Source: Eledone cirrhosa
Taxonomy: Eukaryota
Direction: 5' to 3'
Assembly (NCBI GenBank): GCA_964016885.1
Contig: OZ024741.1
Span: 351,974,001 to 352,038,000 of the forward strand
Length of the DNA stretch: 64,000 nt
Shown one piece after another: positions 26,498-40,406 of this stretch (position 1 is the stretch's first letter; the number at the start of each line of letters is the position of its first letter). The position numbers were made by a program, and so were the translations under genes. The notes under the pieces were generated by a model. The model worked only from the letters and a program-made list of their open reading frames with translations. It ran no database searches and had not been told where the DNA came from.

Positions 26498-28226
26498 TCA
26501 TCATCATCATCATCGTTTAACGTCCATCTTCCACGCTTGCATGGGTTTGGACGGGAGTTTTCACACTTGAGGCTAAAGTGGTTGTCTTGCTCGCATAGGA
26601 CTGTCTGGCGGGTTTTCTACGGCTGGATACCCTTCCTAACACCAACCACGTTTACAGTGTAGACTGGGAGGTTTTTACCGTGTTACCTACATGGCCACAT
26701 TACAGCGTGGACAGTGTGTTTTTTTGTCGTGACACCTACACAACCTCATTTGTTTCGGACTGGTACCAACATAACTTTACATTGAAAAAGGTGGTGTGGA
26801 TGGGGTGGGGGTAGTGAGACGGGGGTGTATTTTTGTTATAGGTGCCTACTGACTGTAGTAGGTTTTACATTGTACTTAGGTAAGGCGGGTCTTCTGTATT
26901 ACTGTGTAGCGCCAAATATCTCGGTCCAGTGACATTGTCTTGGAGAGGTGTAAGTGTGTGAGGTCGGAATTTATCAAGTCGTCCCAGGTTTTTCTGGGTC
27001 TGCCTACTCCGTGGCTATTGTCTATTTTTTATTGCCCTGCACTTTTTTATACAGCTGTCGTTTTTCATGCGCATCACGTGTCCATACCAACGTAGTCTTC
27101 TCTCAAGTAAACAACATCCGATCCCGCTTATTTCTAATTTTTCCCTTAGTTCGTTTATGCCTTGCCGTTTACGTATATTACAATTACACATCCAGCGGAG
27201 CATGCAAGCTTCGTTCCTCTCCAGTCTGTGTATATCCTCTGCACACAATGCCCAGGTCTCACTGCCATGTAACATTGTTGTTCGTATGCAGGCATCATAC
27301 AGCCTGCCTTTCATTTTTAGAGAGAACCCTTTAGCGGCTAAAAGTGGTATAAGCTCTCTGAACTTTTTCCATCCAGTTCTGACTCTAGCTACTGTACTTT
27401 CAGAGCACCCTCCACCACTGCTGATTTTGTCACCCAAGTAACGGAAGCTGTCCACTATTTCTATAGAACCATCTGTGCAATGGAATGAGCTAGTATTCTG
27501 TGGTCACTTGCTGCTACTTATTGCACCAGAGCACCGGCCACATATAAAATCTATATTCTTAGTTAGCTTACCTGTGATCCCACTACATCTTTTATGCACC
27601 CATACTTTGCATTTGGGACATAAAATGGAGTTTCTGCCTACTCCTTTCCTACACACTGAGCATAGTCATTTCTCAGATGGGACCGGTGCCCTATTTTCCT
27701 TCCTACAAACTAGAACTTTAGTCTTAGACAGGTTAATTTTAAGGCCTTTTGATTCTAGGCCATGCTTCCATGTTTGGAATTTCTTCTCTAGTTCAGCCAT
27801 TGATTCAGCTATCAGTGTTAGATCATCTGCGTATAGGAGTTCCCATGGGCAGCCGGTCTTGAACTCCTCTGTTATAGCCTGAAGGGCAATAATAAATAGT
27901 AGGGGGCTAAGAACGGAGCCCTGATGAACACCAACTTTTACGCTAAACTCGTCACTATATTCGTTAATTCTAACCTTGCTGACTGTTTCTTTATACATGG
28001 CTTGTATAGCTCTCACAAGCCATTCATAACATCTAGTTTTCTAAGAGCCCACCAGATAATGGAGCGGGGGACTCTGTCAAAGGCTTTCTCCAAGTCAACA
28101 AAAGCTAAGTATAGGGGTTTACTTTTAGCTAGGTACTTCTCCTGTAGTTGTCATACAATGAAAAGAGCGTCTGTGGTACTTTTACCTGACACAAACCCGA
28201 ACTGCATTTCATCTAGATCAATTCGC
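26498..28226 (-). mobile_element. RTE LINE, 5'-truncated (longer copy)
   Basis: FVDLEKAFDRVP, GVHQGSVLSP, YADD; similar to 24523-26052 but with different lesions. Confidence 0.95.
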
Positions 28227-28790
28227 TATACATACTACTGTACGTCTGTATACATATATGTATGTACGTATACTTACTTATATTTAAGTAACAGCCGTAC
28301 TAAGAGTGAGAAATGAAATTTTGTTTCATTTCGTTTCATTTTTTTTCCGTTTATCTTTCTCGGCACGCCCGGCCGAGTAACTCACTCGATATGCAAATTA
28401 GGCTGCTCAGCCGTTAATATGCATAAGGAAAGTATATACTTTCAGACGTTCAATCATCTGGCAGGAAGCTATACGTTGCTGACGATAGCTAATAAGCTTG
28501 AAACTAGTACAGCGTTCCTTTGTCAGTGTTGAACAAATGAGCAACGATGGTTGCTAGACACTGTGCGGCTTAATTCAGGATGTTTGTTTACAAACACACC
28601 GAGCATTATAATAAATGTTTGGTGAATCCATACGTACATATATATATGTGTGCATGTATGTATATATATATACATACTACTGTACGTCTGTATACATATA
28701 TGTATGTACGTATACTTACTTATATTTAAGTAACAGCCGTACTAAGAGTGAGAAATGAAATTTCGTTTCGTTTCATTTTTTTTCCGTTTA
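28227..28790 (+). mobile_element. Retrozyme-like unit of about 1.3 monomers with terminal direct repeat
   Basis: ~120-bp direct repeat (28230-28350 and 28672-28790) flanks an intact hammerhead core. Confidence 0.8.
28474..28514 (+). ncRNA. Minimal type I hammerhead ribozyme
   Basis: cgttg-CTGACGA-tagctaataagctt-GAAA-ctag-TA-cagcg; palindromic stem III ACTAGT; predicted cut after GUA (28509); stem II closed by U-U instead of G-C. Confidence 0.8.
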
Positions 28791-29162
28791 TATATATATA
28801 TATACGCACACACATCTAGTCTAAAGTCTGTCTCAAGCCAGGAGACTTGTCAGGCCCACGCTTATCCTTTTTTTGTGGGTTGAAGTAACTGAGAATATAA
28901 GACTTCCCCCTGGACAGGATGCCAGTCCATTAAGGGTAAACTCCAAGCTATTGCTGGTACTTATTTTCAGCTGAGTGTACTGGATCAATGTGACATGAAG
29001 TGTTTTGCTCAAGAACATAATGCACAACTCAGCCCAGGAATCAAACCCAAGACATTATTGTAAGTTCAACACCCTTACTGCTAGGCTCAGTCCCTCTATA
29101 CTAATAAAATTACTAATACTTAAGTCTCACCACCTTTTTTTTTTTTATTATTTAATATAACT

Positions 29163-29330
29163 AGGGCGGTGGATTGGCAGTATTGGTGGAGGGTCGGACG
29201 CCATGCTTTCCAGCTGAGTTCAAATCCTGCCGAGGTTCACTTTGCCTTTCATCCTTACGGGGTCGATAAAATAAAGTACCAGTAATGCACTGGGTATGTG
29301 CTGGCCTTGTGCCTAAAGTAGAAACAATTA
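29163..29330 (+). mobile_element. SINE family 2 (Nin-domain-like)
   Basis: B-box gagttcaaatcc and core gcctttcatccttacggggtcgataaaataaagtacc. Confidence 0.78.
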
Positions 29331-29867
29331 TTTAATATAACTTTCTTTTCCTCTTCTTCCTGTTGGTTATTTCAAACCTTTTTATAAATACTTTCATTAA
29401 TAATAAATTTATATATTAATAAAAATAAGGGGTGGGGGATGATACGACTAGTAAGGATGGGTGTGACATAGAGAGAGTGAGTGTATGTGTGTGTGAAAAA
29501 AAGAGAATGTGTGATTGAGACAGAGAGTGACTGAGGAAGTGAGAAAGAGATGAGAAATCACTGACATACAACAACAAATGCATCTTGACCTTCCATTGAA
29601 CTCTTCTAAAACATCTCACTGTTGACAGGCTTCATCACACACACTAACACACACACATGGACATACATACACCCATTATACATATATGTAAAAACTTGGT
29701 GTACCAAACTAGTGGACACTGACACACATTACAACTTCATAACCTCACATTACACTACTAACCTTAAAGAATATATACATATACAACCTTCAAAAATCGA
29801 TTGCGAATCTACTATTCGCAGCTGCAACTTTGGTTATACTCATTATTTTATATATATATATATATAT

Positions 29868-30472
29868 ATATTGTTATATTTGGGGAGGGTCATATTTGCG
29901 TAATATTGCCAGAATTAATAACAGAACACACTCACTGTTTGGTTGGTTTTCGCTTCTCGCTGTCTTTTATATATATATATCTGCGATCTAACTTACTCGG
30001 TCCTCAATGTTGCCATTGACTGACCGGCGGTCAAAAATAATACAGATACAATATAGACAAACACATATATATATAGTTTACATAATTTACATAAATCTTT
30101 CGTTGCACATCTGCAACATCGTCAGTGGTGTTATATTCATTGTTCCTCCTGTTGTGTTGTATGTCTACGCCATTTTTTTTGTTCCCAACAGGAGGAACAA
30201 TGAATATAACACCACTGACGATGTTGCAGATGTGCAACGAAAGATTTATGTAAATTATGTAAACTATATATATATGTGTTTGTCTATATTGTATCTGTAT
30301 TATTTTTGACCGCCGGTCAGTCAATGGCAACATTGAGGACCGAGTAAGTTAGATCGCAGATATATATATATAAAAGACAGCGAGAAGCGAAAACCAACCA
30401 AACAGTGAGTGTGTTCTGTTATTAATTCTGGCAATATTACGCAAATATGACCCTCCCCAAATATAACAATAT
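29868..30472. repeat. Long inverted repeat (287-bp arms, 31-bp spacer) with a hammerhead motif in each arm
   Basis: 29868-30154 is the reverse complement of 30186-30472, with no mismatch seen by eye. Hammerhead ca-CTGACGA-t-gttgca gatg tgcaac-GAAA-gatt-TA-tg at 30211-30251 (+), mirrored at 30089-30129 (-). Confidence 0.93.
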
Positions 30473-30526
30473 CTGTTTCGACACACGATTTCATATAAAA
30501 AACCTCGCAAAACTAATTCATCGCCG

Positions 30527-30579
<53 letters not shown>

Positions 30580-31142
30580 GAAAATCTGCTTCGTAGAATC
30601 AAGACGTATCTGAGGCCCTTGCGATTTTCAGAGTCAGGTTCGATCATCACATCGATCGTGCCTCGAGCTGGTCGCCAGAGAAACGATTGTAATATGTCCA
30701 ATAAATTCCATTCGTCGCAACACTGATTCTCTTTTTTCTGTGATATCTACTATATAAATTGGAAGTGGTCGGACGTTGTATATTTAAGTAAGTAAGTGTA
30801 GTCGGATAAACGTCGAAACGGCTTCGTGGAATGCAGCGAAAATTTAAACAGTTATGCAGAATTTTAGGGTACAAACTTCCATGGTTACGGAGAAAATCGA
30901 TGAAACAGGAATTTCCCATTCAGATTGAACTGAGAGTAATCTGTGAATGCAGAAGTAAATATTTCGAGAAACGTTCCAACTGAACGAAAACAGGAAGACG
31001 ATATTTTGGTTCATGAAGACGTTCCCTGGCAATGAATGGAAAAGAAAGCGAGGATAATACGTCGTTATGTGGACCGAGAAGAACAATTTCATGCAAAGAT
31101 AAGACCAAGGTTATGGTATAAATGGAGTCGTTAGACTAATAT

Positions 31143-31782
31143 TCTATTTAACATAACAGAATGATTTCCAGCGCGGGAGTTTAAGAATGATGTAAATAAA
31201 ATTTAAAATGAAAATGACAGAGGTTATTAAAATAGTAAATAGTGAAGATTTAGGCCAGTACATACGTATGCCCCGACGGACATACACATACATACGCACA
31301 CACAAATACATACCCCCCCCCCCCCACACACAAACGAGCGCGCGCGTGTATAAACCTTATGCATTTCTACAGTATTTTCACCAAACTTAAGACATAGGTT
31401 ACTTATGTACTCCGGATGGTCATGGGCACTTTCATTTTTCCAGATATTGATTATAGGGCCTCCCGGCAGATAACCCCCTTTAACCACTTTCTTGGAGTCC
31501 ACTGAAGCACTGCAGTGCAATGCAACAAAACGTCATAACTTCTGGAGTTCGCAACCGATTTTCACAAAACTTGACACATGGGCTACGTTTGTCCTACAGA
31601 TGAATGTGAACTCTCAGAATTGGCACATATTGAGTAGGGGACCCCTGGGGGCAGGAACCCTCTTTTGGGAAAACCCGATGATTTTGTAAAAGTATAGTTT
31701 TCAAAGTAGCACTGAAGTATTGACATAAATGGTATACACAACTGCTATTTAATACCCGAGCAACGCCGGGTACCTCTGCTAG
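31143..31782 (+). mobile_element. Non-autonomous Helitron-like element
   Basis: 3' hairpin acccgagcaacgccgggt then acctctgCTAG|T; 5' boundary approximate. Confidence 0.65.
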
Positions 31783-32496
31783 TATATATATATATATATA
31801 CATACAGGGGCTAGCCTTCGAAGAAACAGCACCATGTGTTCAGCCAACGTATAATGAAAAAAAATCTTTTTTGGGGAAATTATTGGATTTTTCCAAATTT
31901 AAAGGTTTATTAGGAACTTTCAATGTTTATCTTAGGTTTTGCCGTCTGAAGGGCTCAGGCTATCATAACTGATATTCCTCAGGAAAATATGTATAACATT
32001 TTTTTTAATCAGCTTAATATGGCCTCCGATCTTTTAATATATATATATATCATCATGGTTTAATGTCCATTTTTCCATGCTAGCATAGGTTAGACGGGTT
32101 GACCCATTTGAGGCAAGTTGGGTTAGGTGACCGTGTCCTGCTGATACAGAACTGTTTCTGGCTTGATTTCTATGGTTGAATGCCCTTCCTAATGCCAACC
32201 ACATTTACAGTGTGTAAATTATATATATATATATATACGCACATACATAATAAGAAAAACCTGATAAAGTTCTGTTTACATGTAGATGGTTGGCTCAAGG
32301 TCACTTATGGAAACTATGGACCCAACTACAACATTGATTTGCTCCTCAGACTCGTGAATCTACAAAACAAAGTGTTTGCAGGTGATGGTAAAATGTTAGG
32401 TATATATAAACATTTGCCCTATTTTTTTTGCATGGGTGTATGCATATGTGTTTGAACGCACAAGTATACCCACTTGTGTGTGTGTATATATATATA

Positions 32497-33150
32497 AATG
32501 GAAAAAATGAAACAAAATTTCATTTCTCACTCTTAGTACGGCTGTTACTTAAATATAAGTATGTATACGTACATACATATATGTATACAGACGTACAGTA
32601 GTTTGTATATATATATACATACATGCACACATATATATATGTACGTATGGATTTACCGAACATTTATTATAATGCTCGGTTTGTTTGTAAACAAACATCC
32701 CGGATTAAGCCGTACAGTGTTTAGCAACCATCGTTGCCCTTTTGTTCAACGCTGACAAAGGAACGATGTACTAGTTTCAAGCTTATTAGCTATCGTCAGC
32801 ACCGTATACCTTCCTGCCAGATGATTGAATGTCTGAAAGTATATACTTTCCTTATGCATATTAACAGCTGAGCAGCCTAATTTGCATATCGAGTGAGTTA
32901 ATCGGCCAGGCGCACCGAAAACGATAAATGGAAAAAATGAAATGAAATTTCATTTCTCACTCTTAGTACGGCTGTTACTTAAATATAAGTATGTATAAGT
33001 ATGTATACGTACATACATATATTGTTTACAAACAAACCGAGCATTATAAGAAACGTTCGGTAAATCCATACGTACATATATATATGTGTGCATGTATGTA
33101 TATATATACATATTACTGTACGTGTATATACATATATGTATGTACATATA
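32497..33150 (-). mobile_element. Retrozyme-like unit: partial tandem plus inverted tail
   Basis: Monomer restarts at ~32927 and inverts at ~33020; intact hammerhead core at 32764-32804 on the minus strand. Confidence 0.8.
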
Positions 33151-33170
33151 CATACTTTATATATATACAT

Positions 33171-33265
<95 letters not shown>

Positions 33266-36200
33266 CAAATCCAAAGCATAATAATTGCTGTTGTTTAAAC
33301 CTAGGTCAAACCTAACAAAATAGGTGTGATCAAAGAAAGTCTTTCAATATTCGACTACTCTGTAATCTCATGAATCAGCCCGTAATTTCTGGGTAGAAGA
33401 GGACCAAATCCCCAAAGGTGATAACAGAGACAAAAAGAATTCCAGCTGGATTTGGTTGATGAGGAACAGAAGTAGTCTCCCTTCTCATCTCACCTATTCA
33501 AGTTTAGCTGACATTCTATGAGGTTGCATCTCATAGGAATCTTCTCAGGTGTTTTGATGATAGTGTCCCCAGTCCTATTATGAAAAGCAATGTGAAACAA
33601 AGCATCTTGCTCAAGAATATGACATGCCAGCCAGTCCAGGAACCAAACATACAATCTTATGAATAAATGAATCCAACACCCTAACCACTAGGCCACATAC
33701 CTAACTGACCTGCACACAAGTCTCCCATGCCCACAAAGTTATAAGGTGTCAGCAAAAGGTCACTCAAAAACCATGACCTGAATATGGTTTGGCTCTCTTA
33801 CAGTGTAAGGAGTTGAGGGCTGAAACTGAAGCTTTTCTGATGATCTACTATGCAGCTCTCCCTAGAGTTTCTTTCTACTTAATAATGTATCCTTCCTTTT
33901 TAAAAAAAAGAACTATTTGTAAGGTGTAATTTGAAAGAGATTAGACTGCTATTTCTAGTAGGTCTAACAAACATTCAGAAAATATTATAGGGAATACTAT
34001 AGAGAGCATTGTTGTTTGTTTCTTAAAAAAAATTGTAAGAGGATGATTTGGTCACAGTGTATAGTGGGTTTAGCAAACATAGACAGATCCTCATGCAAGA
34101 AATTATTGTTGTTGTTGCCATCTAGCCCAAGGTCAGGACTAACCAAGCAGGATATGATCAGAGATATTTTAGCCTTGACTATTTGATATATTTTTCCTTC
34201 AAACAATTAGTCTTGTACTTAATTTATCAACCTCGATTAATCAAACAAATAGTAAATGCAAACACAATTATATACATTATATGGCAGGCTGCAGCAAATT
34301 ATTTTTCTATCTACCAAATTTTACTCACAAAGTATTGGTCAGCACAAGTTTATAATAAAAGACATTTGCCCATATGGTTGCAAAGTGAGCTCCTCAACCA
34401 CAGAACTTGAAATTTATACACCACCACCAATACACTATTATCAGCTTCTCTACTACCACTAACACATCACCACTCCTATCCACCACCATAATTATGAGCC
34501 TGTGGATGAGCCTCTATTGATCTGTTCACTCAGAAAGAGAAAGTCAGTGTTCTTGATCCTTTTTAGGGCCTCTGAGATTGTTGGTAGAAGGGCAGGAGAG
34601 AGGAAGGTGTCACTAAATCAGAGATCTGGCTTGAATGCTTATAGCAGTGTGGATTCGCCAAAGGTATCCAGCTATAAGGTGGTCGTGTTAAACTGGGTGA
34701 TGGAGTAAGTATACCAACCAAAGTCACTGAAATCACAACCCACTATAAAGGATACGTGGAATGTCTTGTTTTCCCTGTGCAGAAGAAAAAAAGGTGATGA
34801 TGGTCATGTTTGGAATGCCTTTGATCAAAAGGTCTGCCCAATCAGGGCTGACCAAGGGCTACACAACTAAGATTACAATTGGTGGTCACTACCACTGCCA
34901 CAGAAAATATAATAATAAATACTAAACAAAATAAATGCTAATGCTGAGAGGAAAAATCATATTGTGAAGTTAAAAAAAAAGACAATAATAAACAAACAAA
35001 TCTTTTCAAAAACATATTGAAGTAAGATCAATAAACAGAAATCTATTTCAAAATTGGGAATTGTGATTAAATTGCCAAAGATTTTTCAATAAAAATTGTA
35101 AATTAATTAAAGTAAAATATACACATAAATAGCTGCAGACAGCTGTATAATTCAGATATTTGCTTTCCAACCACTTGGTTTTGTCTCCAGTTGCACTGCA
35201 CAACAACTTGGTTGACCAATGCCTTGTGAGTAGAATTAGGTAAATGGAAACTGAAGGAGAGAGAGAGAGGGGGGGGAGTGTGTGTGTGTGTGTGTCCATC
35301 CTTGTCTCTGTTAACGTCTGTGTTTGACAAAGAAGAAACTGATGAAATAAATACCAGATTTGAAAATTAGGTATTGGTGTTAATATGATTGGCTAATTCA
35401 AGGTGGTGCTCCACCATGGCCACAATCTAATGAATGAAACCAGTAAAAGAATAAAAGCATAAATCTCAATAAAAATTGTGAAATTTTCAATAGAAATTTG
35501 CAAACCAGTTTAAAAATCAGAAAAAATAAAAATAAAATAAGCCACAACAATAAAATCTTAACAAATTTCCTAAATATTTTGAGGTAATAATGTGGAGGGT
35601 GATGTGATAATACTGTTATTGTTAATTTATTGTTATCATTTTTATTTGTAGTAGTAGTTGTTGTAATGGTGGTAGTAATGACAGTAGTTGTAGTAGATTA
35701 GAGGAAGCAATGGAATGAAGGTCAAAGTGAGATGATGAATTTCACCTTGACAAAAAAAAATTAAATATAGAAAAAAATAAAATAAAAATTTAACAAAAAC
35801 CTCAGCTAAAGATGAAGTGGTGGTGGCAGTATTTATTGGAGGATAGTAGCAGTGTATATGTGTGCGTGTATATAAATACACACATACATATATATATATT
35901 ATATATATATATATACTAGACAGTTACCTGGTGTTGCCCAGGAAAAAAAAAGAGAAAACACTTCACCTATTCAACTTCTTCAATCCCTCTTTCTCCATTT
36001 AATCCTGAACACTAACTGTAAACCATTTGGATTAAACACTAATCTTAAGCCCAAACCATAATATCAATGTGCTATGGAATAAACTGCAGAATACCTTATC
36101 AAGTGTATCGTTTCATACAAGTCTCTTGTTTTAACTTTCAGTATTCTTTTGGGGTTGACTACTACTGGCAGTAAATCATTGCTCCAAAAAGGACTCCATT

Positions 36201-36564
36201 AATGAGCATGAGGTCAGTAACAAGGTTTGCAAGATTAACTTCTGCCTTAGCAATGAAAATGCTTCAAAAGGCTTGTAGTATTATTATTTATATAAAATAA
36301 TAAAATAATTCATCGTCACTGTCACTACCACCATCATCATCATCAAGGAGGTGGATCAGCTTTTTCCCACCTCTTCTCACATCATTCCTACACCTCAAAA
36401 TTACTGGATGCACAGATTAAGTGTGCCAAATTTACTGCACAAGGTGTGTCAACCTGGGACAGATATAAAGATACTTGCTAAATGTGCATGACTATGTGGT
36501 TGAACAGGGAACTATGAGTTGCAAAGAGAACTTATTAACCATACAGCCATGCCACACCTAAGAT

Positions 36565-36815
36565 AGATTGCACTGGTATTGACACATGATGTGTATGGAT
36601 GGTGATCATTGGGCGAAAAATGCCAAAAAATCTGAGTGGAAGTAAGCTACAGCAAAATAGTGAAGATCTGGGTGGGAGTGGTGAGAGCTGATCTCAAAAT
36701 GATGAACCTCACAGTGAAGATGATGAAGGAACATGAGTGGAAGCAGGCTGTGCTGGAAAAGATTTGTCAAGTTCGTGCAAAACATGGATGTAAAGAAAAG
36801 GATGATAATAATGAT
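36565..36815 (+). mobile_element. Old RTE 3' fragment
   Basis: LHWY*HMMCM...KIWVGVVRADLKMMNLTVKM. Confidence 0.6.
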
Positions 36816-39800
36816 AATTCCTCCTGTACAAATAAATATACACAGAAGATGTCCTTGACAAGTCTACTATTAGAAATAATATATAAGAAACGCAAATATA
36901 GTCTCTCATTTCTTGAGGCAACAACTTCGTTTTCCAAGAATAACAAACTTCAGGTACAAAATATGACATCATAGTGTATAGCTAAAGGGAGATAATTCTT
37001 TGAAGAGATTTTTTTTTGTGTGTAGGTTTAATGAGTTAAATTAATTCTTAATATAAAAGAACTAAAAAACAATATTGAACTTTTTTCTCCTTAACTGATA
37101 TCTTTCAATAGAAATGGCAGAAAGGGAGATAAAATTAAGCAGACTAAATACAAATAATAATAATACTGATATTTAATTTAGGTACAAGTTCAACCTTTTG
37201 AGGGAAGGGGAAAGTCAATTATATCAGTCCCAGTACTTAACTGGTACTTTATTTTATCGACCCCAGAAGGATGAAAGGCAAATTTGTCCTTTGTGTGATT
37301 TTATTAAATCCCTCCAAACCGTTGATTATTTTCAAAATAATTTGAAAATCATAGGCAGAAGAGGAGAAAAAGGTGAAATTAAACCCTTTTGATATCAACT
37401 GACTTGAGACTGACCCAGATTCGATAATACAAACCAGTCCATTTTAAAGTATGAAATTTTAGGTAAGAAACTTACTCTTGTTCCAAACAGCAGCTTCATA
37501 ATTGGGAAATTAATTATTTTACAATATCCTTCAAATTCTTCTTGGGAGGGTCATGGGGCAGAGTCCTGTATAACACTTTGAGTATGTGATGTCTACCACA
37601 ACTTCAGAGTGACCAATGCTTTGTCACTGGAATTTGGTTGATAAAAACTGCAGTGGTCTGTTGTATACATATATGTGTGTGTATGAGAGAGAGAGGGAGA
37701 GAGGGGGGAGGGAGAGAGAGAGAATGTCTGTGTCTAACTTTATATCTGTGTTGGATCAATAAAAAGATGTCCTTAACATAAGTACCAGACTGGGGCCAAT
37801 ATGGTTGATTAAATCAAGGCAGTACCCTAGCATGGCCATAGTCTACTGACTGAAAGTAATAAGAGAGTGAAACAGAGTGTATGTCACCAATATAGTTGAA
37901 TACTGTCAAAAAAAAAAAAAAAGAAAACGTAAAAAAAAAAGCAAAGGACCAGATGGAACCAAGGAAATTATAATTCCATCAGTAGTCATATCTGCTAGTC
38001 ATAACTCCTTGCAGAAGATCCATGAAGAAAAAAAAAAATGAAGATGAAGGAGGAGAAAAAGCAAGGGCTTTAATACAACAAAGAACTTCTGGATTTAATT
38101 CTTTGAAGAAAAGTTTTCACACATGAAACATAAGACTAGTTATATGTATTTCTTTTCATCAGGGGAATGGGTGATGATGGGAGAGAGAAGAAATAAATCA
38201 ACAACAAAAACAGTATGTCAACTACCCAACTACCTTAAAAAAGGTAGTTGTGTTGATTGAGAAATTTGATAATTACTTTCAATTAAAAACTCACATGTAA
38301 TAAATAAATAAATAAATAGATAAAGAGAATTTTTTTTATTATTTATTAAAAAATAAAAAAAATAAACACTACAATAATGTTGCCATTCATCCTTTTGAGG
38401 TGGATAAAGTACCATTCTAGTATTAGGGTTCATTCAACCTTCCTTTCTCACTTTCTCTGAAAGTAACCAGTTGTATTCTGACCAGGAAACAAATGAAGCC
38501 CCTACCAGAAGTTCAGGGCCAGATAGACTCAACAATAAACAAACACATATTACACACCATGGAATAGAAATACCACCACCACCACAACGGGATAAAAATG
38601 CCATCACCACAACAATACAAACCAAACACCCTATCAAGAAAAGCAACATAAAATTAAGTGTCTTACTCAAAAACACAAGATGCTACAAGATCTAAAAATT
38701 GAACCTACAATACAATCCTATGATCATATGTCCTAACACCCTAACCACTAGGCCACACCACCACTACCACAAAGACCAAACGTACACACCATGTATTGAC
38801 ACAGCCACCATATTGTATATCATATACCATGCTACCAGGGAAAATGTACATTAAACAATGATAATGATGATTCTATTGTGAAGAATTCTTTTATATCATT
38901 ATTGGATTTCTGAACTATTGGTTCCTGACCTAGTTTTGGGTTTGTTTATAAATCCTGCAGGTGAGAGAGGGAGCAGCAGTAGAGAGGGTGATTGAGAGGG
39001 AGGAGAGAAAAATAAAAAAATAGAAAGAGGTATATGTGAGAGAGAGGGAGGACTGCGAGAGGGAAGACTGAGAGAAAAGGAGAGGAGGGTGAGAAGTAAA
39101 TGTTGCTTTGCTTTTTCTTACTTTACTCTAGTTTTCACTCATGTATTTCTTACTTATAGTGTACAGACTTTCCTAAAATAATACTAACCACATATCTCAA
39201 AATGCTTCACACAAACTAAACTGCTCCATGTGCACACACACATACACACACACACACACATTATCATCATCCTTTTAGTTAGATGGTTGTTACATTCTGC
39301 GACTAGACATGTCCTGCTGATACATTCCATTCTGGCATGGTTTCTATGCATGGAATCCATTCCTAATACCAACCATTTTACAGCATGTACTAGGTGTAGT
39401 TTATTGTGGCACCAACCTCACCACGTTGCAGGGTGAACTGGGTATTTTTCTTGTGGCACCAGCACTACCATTTTACAGAGTGGGATGTGGGCTGAGTGCT
39501 TTTCATCAAGGCACCAACAGTACCACTTAACAACACTGGGATGTTCATTGTGTCCTCAGTTAGACTCGGAAAGGCAGTGAATTTACAATAAATTTGTTTT
39601 TTTTTCAATGCTGTACAGAATATATCTATAGATTATAGGTAGCACTGTATGTAACAGCACCTTCAGCCTCATCACCATACATCCACTTTCCACACTAGCA
39701 TGGATTGTATGGGTTGTCATAGTCCAAGATTAGATGGATCAGAGCAACCAATCGTGCTTGTTATATTCTGTTTGTTATGGCTCATATGGCTGGATGCCCT

Positions 39801-40406
39801 TCCTAACTCCAACCACCTTACAGCTTGTATTTTGTGACACCAGCACTACCACACATAGATGTAAACACATTCTCTTGTACATGTGCACACACACATGATT
39901 GTATATGTATATATATATATAAATATATACACACACACACAGTTCACCCACCATCATTTAACCCCACCTATTCTCAAGGAATGAAAACAGCTAGATTATA
40001 ACCTACTTAGTGTAAAATGCGAAGTGTCAAGTGTAGAGGGCATCAAGATTGAAACTCCAACCCAACTCCTCATCAACCCTCTCTTCTACAGAGAGTATTC
40101 ATCTAACCCAAACTCACTATCTCCTCCACCCTCAGACAGTGCACTAAATATATAGGCAGTTATAATTATCTATCTATCTAACCCTGACTAGCCCCCAACC
40201 AATCTCGCCATTCCAACACATACAGGCAATGCAGTAAATATATAGACAGACCTCTCTCTCTCTCACACACACACACATATTTGACTGTCTCAGATTTCCT
40301 TTCACTTCCTGCAGATGAGACACGAAAATATTTATTATATTTACTTTTATTCTCCCCCTCTTTTTCACATTTCTAACCTTATCATATACATATACACATA
40401 TATGTA

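Noticed and set aside
30007-30333. Two near-identical 100-aa ORFs on opposite strands
   Set aside because: A by-product of the palindrome; low complexity.
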